59,150 nucleotides of DNA from an uncultured Candidatus Saccharibacteria bacterium (lineage in GTDB: Bacteria > Patescibacteriota > Minisyncoccia > Phycocordibacterales > UBA9973): positions 1 through 59,150 of the forward strand of contig CAZLXA010000003.1 in NCBI GenBank assembly GCA_964563715.1. The letters run 5' to 3'. Under the pieces are notes generated by a model that was not told the origin of the DNA, made no database searches, and was given only the letters and a program-made list of their open reading frames with translations. A program made the translations under genes and the position numbers. This document shows positions 50,901-59,121 of this stretch, piece by piece (position 1 is the first letter of the stretch; the number at the start of each line of letters is the position of its first letter).

Positions 50901-52637
50901 CTACATTTTTTCTGGTGTTTCAATACCAAGCAACCAAAGACCGTTTTTCATTGTTTGATAAAATGCTTTAATTAATTCAAGGTGATAACTCACATACTTA
51001 TTTTCATCATCAAGGATTTTTGTATTTCCATAAAAATTATTAAAAGAGCTTGCAAGTTGGGTTAGATAAGTTGCGATATGATGTGGTTGTAATGTCTCGT
51101 ATGAACGCTCTACAATTTCTGGAAATTGATAAATCAATTTTTCTAAATCTGTCGTCTCTAGATTAGTTTCTAGCGAAGAGGTTCTAGTTTCTAGTTTAAA
51201 TTCTTTGGATTTTTCTAAAATCGAATTGGCACGAACAGCAGTATATTGTAGATACGGACCTGAATCTCCATCAAAAGAAATTGATTTCTCAAAATCATAA
51301 ACTATATCACTTCCAAGTGATGAACGAAGTATAGAATATTTAAGTGCCGCCACACCAACAATTTCAGATATTTTCTTTTTTTCTTCATCCGAAAAATCTC
51401 TGTCTTTTACTTTCTCAAGGACAATATCCATTGAGTCACGTAATAATGACTCCCCTGTTATAACATTACCTTTTCGTGAGGACATCTTACCTGTGGCAAG
51501 ACGCATCATCCCATGAGTAATGTGCTTCATTCTACTTTCCAAATCTGGATGCATAAGTGAGATAGCTTTCTGAACAACTTTCATATACTCAGCTTGCTCA
51601 ATCGCTGTCGTAACAATAGAAATATCTGGATTTTCTTTTTCGAATTTCGTCATGGTTAGACCGATCTCTTTTGTCTCATAAGTTGGTAGTCCTTGAGAAT
51701 TTATAAATACACGAGTGTGAAGCTTTTTATCATAATTCTCCCCATGAAAAACTATTGCTCCGGCTGATTCTTCAAATACATTACCCGTATTCCCCCGGAC
51801 AACCTTCTCCCCCTTTACGGCCATTTCACTCTCAAAAAAATAGTGATCAAATTTTGTACCTAGAAGTTTGTATATTCCCTCAAATGCCTCTAGTGTTATC
51901 TTTCTTCCCCAATCATAAATTTTATTTATTTCATCATCAGACTTATCATAGATTTTTTTATTAATTTCATCTATTTTTTTCTTGGCATTTTCATCGTTAT
52001 CATACAAATTGCTTCCTTTGGAATAACACTCACCCATGTATTGAGCCAATTCATTATAGGAAGTCCGACTTCCTATCTTTGGAAGTCCGACTTCCAAAGA
52101 TTCTTTTGAATTTAAAATTGAATATATAGCTTTAGCAACATGAGGGCCAACGTCACCTTGGTAATTTGCCCGAACAGTTTTAGCACCAGAAAATTCAACA
52201 ATTCGAGAAATGGATTCCCCTATCGCATTACTCATTAAATGACCAATATGAAAAGGCTTAAATGGATTTGGCTGAGTATATTCAACCATCACTTTTTTAC
52301 CAGTTAGTATTTCATTTTTTCCCCAATTTTCTTTTTTATTTAAAATTTCATTTATACTTTTTGTAAAAAATTCTCGTGATAAATAAAAGTTTATAAACCC
52401 AGCACCGGCGACTTCAACCTTTTCAATTTCTTTTATTAAATTCTTTTCAATTTCTTTTTTAATAGTTTCTGCTAATTCTTTAGGATTTTTACCAAACTTT
52501 TTAGCACATACCATCGCTACATTCGTAGAGTAATCTCCATTCACAAAACTCTCAGGATGTTCAACAGAAAAAGAAACATCTTCCATCCCAAGATTTTTTA
52601 GAGCATTTTGTATTTGTTTCTTGATTTCTTCTTTCAT
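50901..52637 (-). CDS. argS: arginyl-tRNA synthetase
   Basis: 578 aa. HIGH-type NPFKPFHIGHL. MSSRKGN. C-terminal anticodon-binding (DALR-like) domain. Confidence 0.95.
   Translation of the reverse strand: MKEEIKKQIQNALKNLGMEDVSFSVEHPESFVNGDYSTNVAMVCAKKFGKNPKELAETIKKEIEKNLIKEIEKVEVAGAGFINFYLSREFFTKSINEILNKKENWGKNEILTGKKVMVEYTQPNPFKPFHIGHLMSNAIGESISRIVEFSGAKTVRANYQGDVGPHVAKAIYSILNSKESLEVGLPKIGSRTSYNELAQYMGECYSKGSNLYDNDENAKKKIDEINKKIYDKSDDEINKIYDWGRKITLEAFEGIYKLLGTKFDHYFFESEMAVKGEKVVRGNTGNVFEESAGAIVFHGENYDKKLHTRVFINSQGLPTYETKEIGLTMTKFEKENPDISIVTTAIEQAEYMKVVQKAISLMHPDLESRMKHITHGMMRLATGKMSSRKGNVITGESLLRDSMDIVLEKVKDRDFSDEEKKKISEIVGVAALKYSILRSSLGSDIVYDFEKSISFDGDSGPYLQYTAVRANSILEKSKEFKLETRTSSLETNLETTDLEKLIYQFPEIVERSYETLQPHHIATYLTQLASSFNNFYGNTKILDDENKYVSYHLELIKAFYQTMKNGLWLLGIETPEKM
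51160..51203. repeat. CTAGAAAC-type heptamer repeats inside the argS CDS
   Basis: The coding strand reads AAACTAGAAACTAGAACC...GCTAGAAACTAATCTAGAG, translated KLETRTSSLETNLETT. The same AAACTAGAAACTAGAA string lies in the spacer at 53418-53434. Confidence 0.65.
52059..52101. repeat. family A palindrome in argS: full 27-nt copy (52075-52101) plus a 15-nt core copy GGAAGTCCGACTTCC (52059-52073)
   Basis: The 27-mer is identical to tatD 34669-34695. The two units are read in different frames and give SLEVGLPKIGSRTSY. Confidence 0.9.
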
Positions 52638-52705
52638 ACGTATTTTGTAACCCGCCTACTCCCAAACTATCGTGAGGGTAGGCAGGTTATTAATTTTTAA
52701 TTGTC

Positions 52706-53131
52706 TTAATGTCCAGTTGTACCAAAACCTCCGCGTGCAACTTCCTTCATCTTATCTACCTCTTCCCACTCGGCCTTTTCAACTTTTACAAAAACACCTT
52801 GGCCGAGGCGTTCACCTTTTTCTATTTTAACATCATTATCTGTTAGATTATAGACCTGAAGCAATATTTCATCTTCTTCTCCATGAAAATCATTATCAAT
52901 ATAACCAGTGCTGACCAATAATCCCTTTCTCTTTAAAGTACTCGAGCGGTCCTTTATTTCAAGCATATATCCTTTAGGAATTTCAATAATAATATTTGTT
53001 GGCAGTCTTTCAAGTGTCTTTGGTTTTATTTCAACATCAACTCGCGAATACAAATCAAAAGCCACAGCACCAGAAGTCTGATATTCTGGCAACGGTAAAC
53101 TATTGTCGATTCTTTTAATATTAACTTTCAT
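52706..53131 (-). CDS. dut: dUTP diphosphatase
   Basis: 141 aa, with AVAFDLYS, RSS, GYIDNDFHGE and a C-terminal RGGFGTTG. Confidence 0.9.
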   Translation of the reverse strand: MKVNIKRIDNSLPLPEYQTSGAVAFDLYSRVDVEIKPKTLERLPTNIIIEIPKGYMLEIKDRSSTLKRKGLLVSTGYIDNDFHGEEDEILLQVYNLTDNDVKIEKGERLGQGVFVKVEKAEWEEVDKMKEVARGGFGTTGH

Positions 53132-53140
53132 AATTTTATA

Positions 53141-53392
53141 TTAACATTTATAACCACTGTCTAACATCTCTGCTAGTCCGCCGCCATTTTTAATATTTGT
53201 AAATCCAATCTGCTCCATCATTGATTTGGCAATAGTTGCTCTACTTCCAGATTCGCAATATAAAAGTATTTCTTCATCTTTTAAAAATTCTGGAAATTTT
53301 CCATACATCATATCCATAATATCAAAAAGTATGGCATCTTTTATATGCCCACAATCATATTCACCTTTCGTTCTGACATCTATAATTTTCAT
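53141..53392 (-). CDS. single-domain rhodanese-like sulfurtransferase
   Basis: 83 aa, with active-site loop LYCESGSRA. Confidence 0.8.
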   Translation of the reverse strand: MKIIDVRTKGEYDCGHIKDAILFDIMDMMYGKFPEFLKDEEILLYCESGSRATIAKSMMEQIGFTNIKNGGGLAEMLDSGYKC

Positions 53393-53406
53393 AATATTTT
53401 TTATTT

Positions 53407-53441
53407 CTAGAACCTAGCCACTAGAAACTAGAAACTAATTC
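53407..53441. repeat. five tandem CTAGnnn heptamers in the tmk-rhodanese spacer
   Basis: ctagaac ctagcca ctagaaa ctagaaa ctaattc. Confidence 0.7.
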
Positions 53442-54145
53442 TTTAATATTTTTTTAACTTCCTTATAAACCATTTCGTGGACATCTTCGCGCGATAAAAT
53501 TTTACCTTTTTCTGAACATTCAATTCTTCGGAAATTGGGAATTTCTTTTTCTAATTTAAGTGCACTTTTTCTTGAATTAATTAAAAAATTAACATCACTC
53601 TCGTGAACATCTTTTTTCTTTTTTAAATATTCTCTTTTCATTTTACTACTTTCGCGTTTTTCTAAAAGCTCCAAAACTATTTTAATTGGCAAACTCAAAT
53701 AAAAAGTTAAATCGGGTCGAGGAAGGCCAAAAACTTCATATTCCATATGATTAAGCCACTTAATGAAATCAGCTCTTTTTTTGGCGCTTTTAACTTTACC
53801 TCCTTGATGAATTTGATTGGCTGAAACATAACGATTGGCGATGACAATATACCCTTTCTCAAGCCATTCTCTCATTTCTTTGCTTGATTCCCATCTATCA
53901 GCGGCAAAAATTATCGAAACAATTTTTGGATGAACATTTAGAAAATTATAATATTGCTCAGAAAGACAATGGCCAATAAATTTACCAAAGAAATTTTTAT
54001 AATACTCAGGAAAATCGACAATTTTTACTTTATAACCATCTTTTTTTAAATGCTCCGTCAGATAAGACACCTGAGTAGCTTTCCCACTTCCATCTGTTCC
54101 ATCTATCACTATTAATTTCCCTTTATATTTTTGCTTTCTATTCAT
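53435..54145 (-). CDS. tmk: thymidylate kinase
   Basis: 236 aa, with P-loop IVIDGTDGSGKATQ and a DRW-type motif. Confidence 0.85.
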   Translation of the reverse strand: MNRKQKYKGKLIVIDGTDGSGKATQVSYLTEHLKKDGYKVKIVDFPEYYKNFFGKFIGHCLSEQYYNFLNVHPKIVSIIFAADRWESSKEMREWLEKGYIVIANRYVSANQIHQGGKVKSAKKRADFIKWLNHMEYEVFGLPRPDLTFYLSLPIKIVLELLEKRESSKMKREYLKKKKDVHESDVNFLINSRKSALKLEKEIPNFRRIECSEKGKILSREDVHEMVYKEVKKILKN

Positions 54146-54170
54146 ATAATAATTTTTTAATATTGTATAA

Positions 54171-54632
54171 TTAATTAGATAATTCCCTTAAAGCTTCTAA
54201 TGCGTAATATTTAATATTCGGCCTTAAGTCCATATTTTCTATTTCTTCTTTAGTAAACCATTTCATTTCAACTCCCCTCTCATGTTCCAAAAGAGATTCA
54301 TTCACAATATCTGTTTTAGATTTAGCAAAATAAACAAACACAACATGCTGGTGTATATTATTAACGTGATGTTTTCCAACATACCTTGGTGTTCTAATAG
54401 CCTTATATTCTAAATCATGATAATCAGGCTTTTCACCATAAAGTTCTACTTCAAGTCCGGTCTCTTCTTTTATCTCACGAATGATAGCTTGCTCAGGATC
54501 TTCATCAAGTTCAATGTGCCCTCCAACAGACATCCATATATGAAATTTATCATGCATTCTTAAAAGAATCTTATTTTTATAGACAATAAAAGCTTCAACT
54601 GTAAAATCAATTTTTTCATGTATATGTGCCAT
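54171..54632 (-). CDS. Nudix hydrolase
   Basis: 153 aa, with Nudix box GGHIELDEDPEQAIIREIKEETGL. Confidence 0.9.
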   Translation of the reverse strand: MAHIHEKIDFTVEAFIVYKNKILLRMHDKFHIWMSVGGHIELDEDPEQAIIREIKEETGLEVELYGEKPDYHDLEYKAIRTPRYVGKHHVNNIHQHVVFVYFAKSKTDIVNESLLEHERGVEMKWFTKEEIENMDLRPNIKYYALEALRELSN

Positions 54633-54633
54633 A

Positions 54634-55830
54634 TTATTTTCTTAAAATTTTATCCATTTTAACTGCAATCTTTATCATATCTTTTTCTTTTCTTCCTCTG
54701 GTTGTTTCGGCACAAGTACCAAGTCGAATCCCCGATGGGTCCATAACACTTCTGGTATCTCCTGGAATTGTATTCATATTCACAATGATTCCTGCTTTTT
54801 CAAGTTTTATACTTGCTTCTTTGCCTGAAATACCTTTCCCATTGAGCCATGTATCCATCAATATCAAATGTGAGTCCGTCCCACCTGAGATAATATGCCA
54901 GCCGAGTTTTTGTAATTCTTTGGCCAAAACTTTTGCATTTTTAATAACTTGCTTTGTATATTTTTTAAATTCTGGCTTCATAGCTTCAGCAAGTGCTACC
55001 GCGACTCCAGCAATATTATTTTCATGTGGTCCACCAAAAAGTCCAGGGATAACCATCTTGTCTAGTTTTTTGTCAAAACCTCGCTCGTCTTTTTTAACAA
55101 ATAAAATTGCTTGTCTTGGGCCACGAAGAGATTTATGAGTTGTAGTCATCACAGAATCCGCATATGGAAATGGAGATGGATAAGCACCACCCGCAATAAG
55201 CCCTGCAAAGTGTGAAATATCAGCGTGGAGAATAGCACCACAAGCATCTGCAATTTCTCTGAACTTTTTAAAATCAACTACTCTCGGATAAGCAGTAAAA
55301 CCACAAACAATGATGTCTGGTTTTTCAGCTATGGCAATTTTTTTCAAATCATCATAATCAATAACTTCAGTTTTAGGGTCAAGTTCAAATTGCAAAGGCT
55401 TCCAAAGTTTACCGGTCATAGAAAGTGGATGCCCATGAGTTAAATGTCCGCCGGAAGTTAATTTCATTCCCATTATCTTTCCTTGCCCGACACCAGTTTT
55501 AGGGTCCCCAATTGGAACAAGGGCTGAGTACAAAGCAAAGTTTGCAGGCGATCCTGAGAGAAGTTGAACATTCACATGCCAGTCTTCTTTTTTTAATTTA
55601 AAAAGTTTTAAAGCACGTTCCATACAAAGGACTTCAACTTTGTCTATAATTTCATTACCACCATAATATCGGCGTCCTGGATAGCCCTCAGCATATTTAT
55701 TTGTCAGTTTAGAACCGACAGCCTTAAGAACATCATCAGATACATAGTTCTCCGAAGCTATAAGGTTTATAACGCTTTTTTGCCTTTTTTCTTCACTCTT
55801 TATAAGTTTTTCTATTTGTTTATCTCGCAT
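54634..55830 (-). CDS. glyA: serine hydroxymethyltransferase
   Basis: Motifs LIASENYVS and TTTHKSLRGPR (PLP lysine). I prefer the second ATG at 55830 (MRDKQIEKL) over the ORF-track start at 55857. That upstream ATG lies inside the E2 leader hairpin. Confidence 0.95.
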   Translation of the reverse strand: MRDKQIEKLIKSEEKRQKSVINLIASENYVSDDVLKAVGSKLTNKYAEGYPGRRYYGGNEIIDKVEVLCMERALKLFKLKKEDWHVNVQLLSGSPANFALYSALVPIGDPKTGVGQGKIMGMKLTSGGHLTHGHPLSMTGKLWKPLQFELDPKTEVIDYDDLKKIAIAEKPDIIVCGFTAYPRVVDFKKFREIADACGAILHADISHFAGLIAGGAYPSPFPYADSVMTTTHKSLRGPRQAILFVKKDERGFDKKLDKMVIPGLFGGPHENNIAGVAVALAEAMKPEFKKYTKQVIKNAKVLAKELQKLGWHIISGGTDSHLILMDTWLNGKGISGKEASIKLEKAGIIVNMNTIPGDTRSVMDPSGIRLGTCAETTRGRKEKDMIKIAVKMDKILRK

Positions 55831-55947
55831 CCCATTAGAAGTAGTCCTTTCGGACATACATATATTTAGTTAATAAAAATCAAAATATGACTAACTTCTT
55901 GATACATTCCCGTTTTCTTAATATAACATATATGACTTCTAACGGGA
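55829..55947 (-). repeat. inverted-repeat leader element E2 (same family as E1, opposite orientation); its 3' arm ends on the glyA ATG
   Basis: On the minus strand CCCGUUAGAAGU (55946..55935) pairs with ACUUCUAAUGGG (55842..55831), with one G-U wobble. Hairpin GUCC-GAAA-GGAC (55855..55844) sits 1 nt before the 3' arm. Confidence 0.8.
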
Positions 55948-56004
55948 CAAGTTCCTTAATTTTATCACAGTTGGCAAAAAAGAAGAAAAGGTTATAATAG
56001 GCTT

Positions 56005-56877
56005 ATGAGAAGCTATTTAGATATTGTTGAAAAAATATTAAAAGAGGGCAAAAAAGTATCAACTAGACAAGGAACACCAGCATTTACAATTGCAGGGGCT
56101 ATATTTGAACACGATATGTCAAAAGGCTTTCCATTACTAACTACAAAAAAAGTTCCATTTCGTTTAATAGCAAGCGAGTTAGAATTTTTTATAAATGGTA
56201 TCACTGATAAAAAATGGCTACAAGATCGCAACAATCATATTTGGGACGAATGGGCCAAGCCACAACTTGCCCCATATGGTCACGATGAAGAATCTAAAAA
56301 AAAGATGCTAGAAGAAAGAGACCTTGGTCCTATTTATGGTTTTCAATGGAGACATTTTAATGCTCCATATGAAAAATTTGATTCTGACTACACAGGAAAA
56401 GGAATTGACCAACTTAAAAAAATAGTTGAAACATTAAAAACAAATCCACGAGACAGAAGAATGATTGTCAGCGCTTGGAATCCATTACAATTTGACGAGA
56501 TGGCTCTTCCCCCTTGCCACTATTCTTATCAAGTGACGGCAATAAACGGAAAATTAAATCTTTTGTGGAATCAAAGATCTGTCGACACAATGCTTGGTCT
56601 TCCTTTTAACATTGCCAGTTACGCATTATTATTACATCTACTTGCAAAAGAATCAGGACTTGAAGAAGGTAAACTTGTCGGATTTCTTGCTGATGTTCAT
56701 TTATTTGAAAATCATGTTGAAGGAGCTAAAGAACAATTATCTCGTGATCCAGAAAAATTTCCACTCTCAAAAATTGAAACAGAGAATTGGAATTCAATTT
56801 TTGATTGGAAGGCAGAAAATTCTAAAGTTTTAAATTATCAAAGTTACGATCGAATTCCTTTTGAAATAGCAATATGA
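56005..56877 (+). CDS. thyA: thymidylate synthase (ThyA type)
   Basis: 290 aa, with LGPIYGFQWRHF, MALPPCH (catalytic Cys) and DVHLFENH. Confidence 0.95.
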   Translation: MRSYLDIVEKILKEGKKVSTRQGTPAFTIAGAIFEHDMSKGFPLLTTKKVPFRLIASELEFFINGITDKKWLQDRNNHIWDEWAKPQLAPYGHDEESKKKMLEERDLGPIYGFQWRHFNAPYEKFDSDYTGKGIDQLKKIVETLKTNPRDRRMIVSAWNPLQFDEMALPPCHYSYQVTAINGKLNLLWNQRSVDTMLGLPFNIASYALLLHLLAKESGLEEGKLVGFLADVHLFENHVEGAKEQLSRDPEKFPLSKIETENWNSIFDWKAENSKVLNYQSYDRIPFEIAI

Positions 56878-57398
56878 TTCTATCTATAATCTCTGCCATT
56901 GGGAAAAATAATGAAATTGGCCAAAGTAATGCTTTACTTTGGGATTTACCAGCAGATATGAAGCACTTTAAAGAAACTACTTCTAGTCATACTGTAATAA
57001 TGGGCCAAAAAACCTATGAATCTTTAGGACAAAGTAAGACTGGTGAGCTTGGCCGACCACTTCCCAACCGAAGAAACATAGTTTTAACCAAAGATGTATC
57101 TTTCCGCCGTGAGGGAATTGAAGTTATCTTTTCTATTGAAGAACTTATTAAACTATTAAACGAAACTGAAGATAAAGATAGCGAATGTTTTATTATTGGT
57201 GGAGGACAAATTTATAAATTATTCATTGATATAGCTGACCGACTTTATATCACCCATGTTGATGAATCATTCCATTTAGCTGATACATTCTTCCCTGAAA
57301 TAGATATATCTAAATGGACAAAAACATCTGAAGAAGAATATCCCTCAGATGAAAAAAATAAATACAATCTTTCGTTTGTAACATATACTAAAAAATAA
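56874..57398 (+). CDS. folA: dihydrofolate reductase
   Basis: 174 aa, with AIGKNNEIG, VIMGQKTYESLG and IIGGGQIY. Overlaps the thyA stop by 4 nt. Confidence 0.9.
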   Translation: MILSIISAIGKNNEIGQSNALLWDLPADMKHFKETTSSHTVIMGQKTYESLGQSKTGELGRPLPNRRNIVLTKDVSFRREGIEVIFSIEELIKLLNETEDKDSECFIIGGGQIYKLFIDIADRLYITHVDESFHLADTFFPEIDISKWTKTSEEEYPSDEKNKYNLSFVTYTKK

Positions 57399-57426
57399 AA
57401 CCCTCATTTGAGGGTTTTATTTTTTA
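57397..57426. terminator. bidirectional intrinsic terminator
   Basis: AAAA-CCCTCA-TT-TGAGGG-TTTTATTTTTT. Confidence 0.8.
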
Positions 57427-57984
57427 TTTATTTTTTATATTTTTAATTAATTCATCAACTTGTCTATAGAGATCTTCGAAATTTCCACTATTTTCTATTG
57501 AATACTCGGCTGTTTTCATAACTTCAGGAATTTGTTTATCTGCTTCATTCTCTTGATCTGATAAAAAATCTTCGTAAGTTTTCTTATCATCACCTGTATT
57601 TTCATTTCTTTTTTTCATTCTTTCATACCTGATTTTTGAATCAGCATCAATTTTAACTAAAATAAAATTTGGCAATGCTCTTAGATGTTCAATATCTGTA
57701 AATCTCCTTACCCCGTCGATAACTACAATCTCAGACTCAAGTTTTGAAGCATCAACAGCAATAGCTTTAGCTAGCAAATTCTCTCCAAAGTTTACTCTCA
57801 AGACAGTCGATATTTTCTGTAAATTTTCACGGCTAACAGGAATAGTTATCCTTTCTAAAACATCTCGTAAAATAGATGAAAATTTACAATCTTTTGCTCC
57901 ATATTTTTCAACTAAATGTTTTTTAATCGTTTCTTTGCCACTAGCAATAGATCCAACAATTCCAACAATTATTTTATTCTCCAT
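57424..57984 (-). CDS. P-loop nucleotide kinase (CoaE/dNMP-kinase-like)
   Basis: 186 aa, with P-loop GIVGSIASGKE. The pyrimidine-deoxynucleotide neighbourhood suggests a dNMP kinase. That role is inference only. Confidence 0.55.
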   Translation of the reverse strand: MENKIIVGIVGSIASGKETIKKHLVEKYGAKDCKFSSILRDVLERITIPVSRENLQKISTVLRVNFGENLLAKAIAVDASKLESEIVVIDGVRRFTDIEHLRALPNFILVKIDADSKIRYERMKKRNENTGDDKKTYEDFLSDQENEADKQIPEVMKTAEYSIENSGNFEDLYRQVDELIKNIKNK

Positions 57985-57985
57985 A

Positions 57986-58510
57986 TTATTTCATATTGGA
58001 GTAAGTCTCCATTTCTGTATTTAATAAAACAAATTCAACCTTTGCCTCTTTAAAAATTTCTTTACTTCGTCCACCCCCATGATAATCTTTCATCGCCACC
58101 ACCTTCTCAATTCCAGCATTAATAATACTCTGAGCACATTTATAACAAGGAACCATTTTACAATATAATGTTCCACCCTCAACTGCTACCCCAATTCGAG
58201 CCGCATTGTTTATGGCATTTTGTTCAGCGTGACTAGTTCTAATACAATGTTTTGAAACAGTCCCGTCTTCTTGAGTCACTGTGTGCATTTCGTGACCAAC
58301 TTCATCACAACTAGGTAATCCAACAGGAGCTCCAACATAACCTGTTGCTAAGATTCTTTTATTTTTTGTAATAATACAACCTGCTCGTCCCCTATCACAA
58401 GTACCTCGAGTTCCAACCATCTCTGCTAGTTGGATAAAATATTCGTCCCATGATGGCCTTACAAAACTATTTTTTTCTTCCATAAATATATTATTTATAT
58501 TAAAACTCAC
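57986..58510 (-). CDS. dCMP deaminase (ComEB-type cytidine/deoxycytidylate deaminase)
   Basis: Zinc motifs HAEQNAI and PCYKCAQ. An alternative start MEEKNSF lies at 58483. Confidence 0.9.
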   Translation of the reverse strand: MSFNINNIFMEEKNSFVRPSWDEYFIQLAEMVGTRGTCDRGRAGCIITKNKRILATGYVGAPVGLPSCDEVGHEMHTVTQEDGTVSKHCIRTSHAEQNAINNAARIGVAVEGGTLYCKMVPCYKCAQSIINAGIEKVVAMKDYHGGGRSKEIFKEAKVEFVLLNTEMETYSNMK

Positions 58511-59121
58511 CTAATAATAAAAAACCCCAGTATCATCCCAACAAAATTTAAAATTGTGTGGGAAATTGAAATTAAAACCAAATTTTTATATCGGTAATAC
58601 ATCCAAGCAAAACCAATTCCAGCAATGAAAGTCATAGGAAGAACGAATGTTGAATTTAAGTAAATAACATGGATCAAAGTAAAGACTGAAGCATTTAAAA
58701 TAATAATAAATATGGGACTAGAAAAAGCTCTTCTTAGCATATTCATTAAAACTCCACGAAAAACAATTTCTTGTATTATACTTAGAGGAATAAAAAGTAA
58801 TAAAAATTTTAGATTTTTCCACCAGCCTAAAAACGGACTATGTGGAACGATTTCAGAGAGCCAAATTAGAAACAAAACTCCCGCCACAGTAAATACAGTG
58901 TAAGGTAAAATATCTTTCATAAAATCCCTAGTCAACCCCATATCAGCGTAAGACCATTTATTGTGTTTTACAATTCCAATCAAAAGCAGGGCCACACCAA
59001 AAAGCATTATTAATCTAAAGCTTTCCGGAATAACATTAAAATATAAAAGTAGAGTAGGAATTACATACAAATATAATATTTGAATCCAAACAAGTTCTCT
59101 TTCTTTTTTTATGTCTTCCAT
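58507..59121 (-). CDS. CPBP-family intramembrane glutamic protease (CAAX protease-like)
   Basis: 204 aa, polytopic. Motifs QEIVFRGV, FTLIHV and SISHTILN. Confidence 0.8.
   Translation of the reverse strand: MEDIKKERELVWIQILYLYVIPTLLLYFNVIPESFRLIMLFGVALLLIGIVKHNKWSYADMGLTRDFMKDILPYTVFTVAGVLFLIWLSEIVPHSPFLGWWKNLKFLLLFIPLSIIQEIVFRGVLMNMLRRAFSSPIFIIILNASVFTLIHVIYLNSTFVLPMTFIAGIGFAWMYYRYKNLVLISISHTILNFVGMILGFFIIR

Noticed and set aside
52651-52686. GC-rich hairpin CCCGCCUAC...GUAGGCAGG between dut and argS.
   Set aside because: It is most simply a processing or weak terminator hairpin between two co-oriented genes. No repeat copies or conserved motif were recognised.
54626-55138. 170-aa plus-strand ORF.
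   Set aside because: It is antisense to glyA, whose SHMT motifs are unambiguous, and is a hydrophobic shadow translation.
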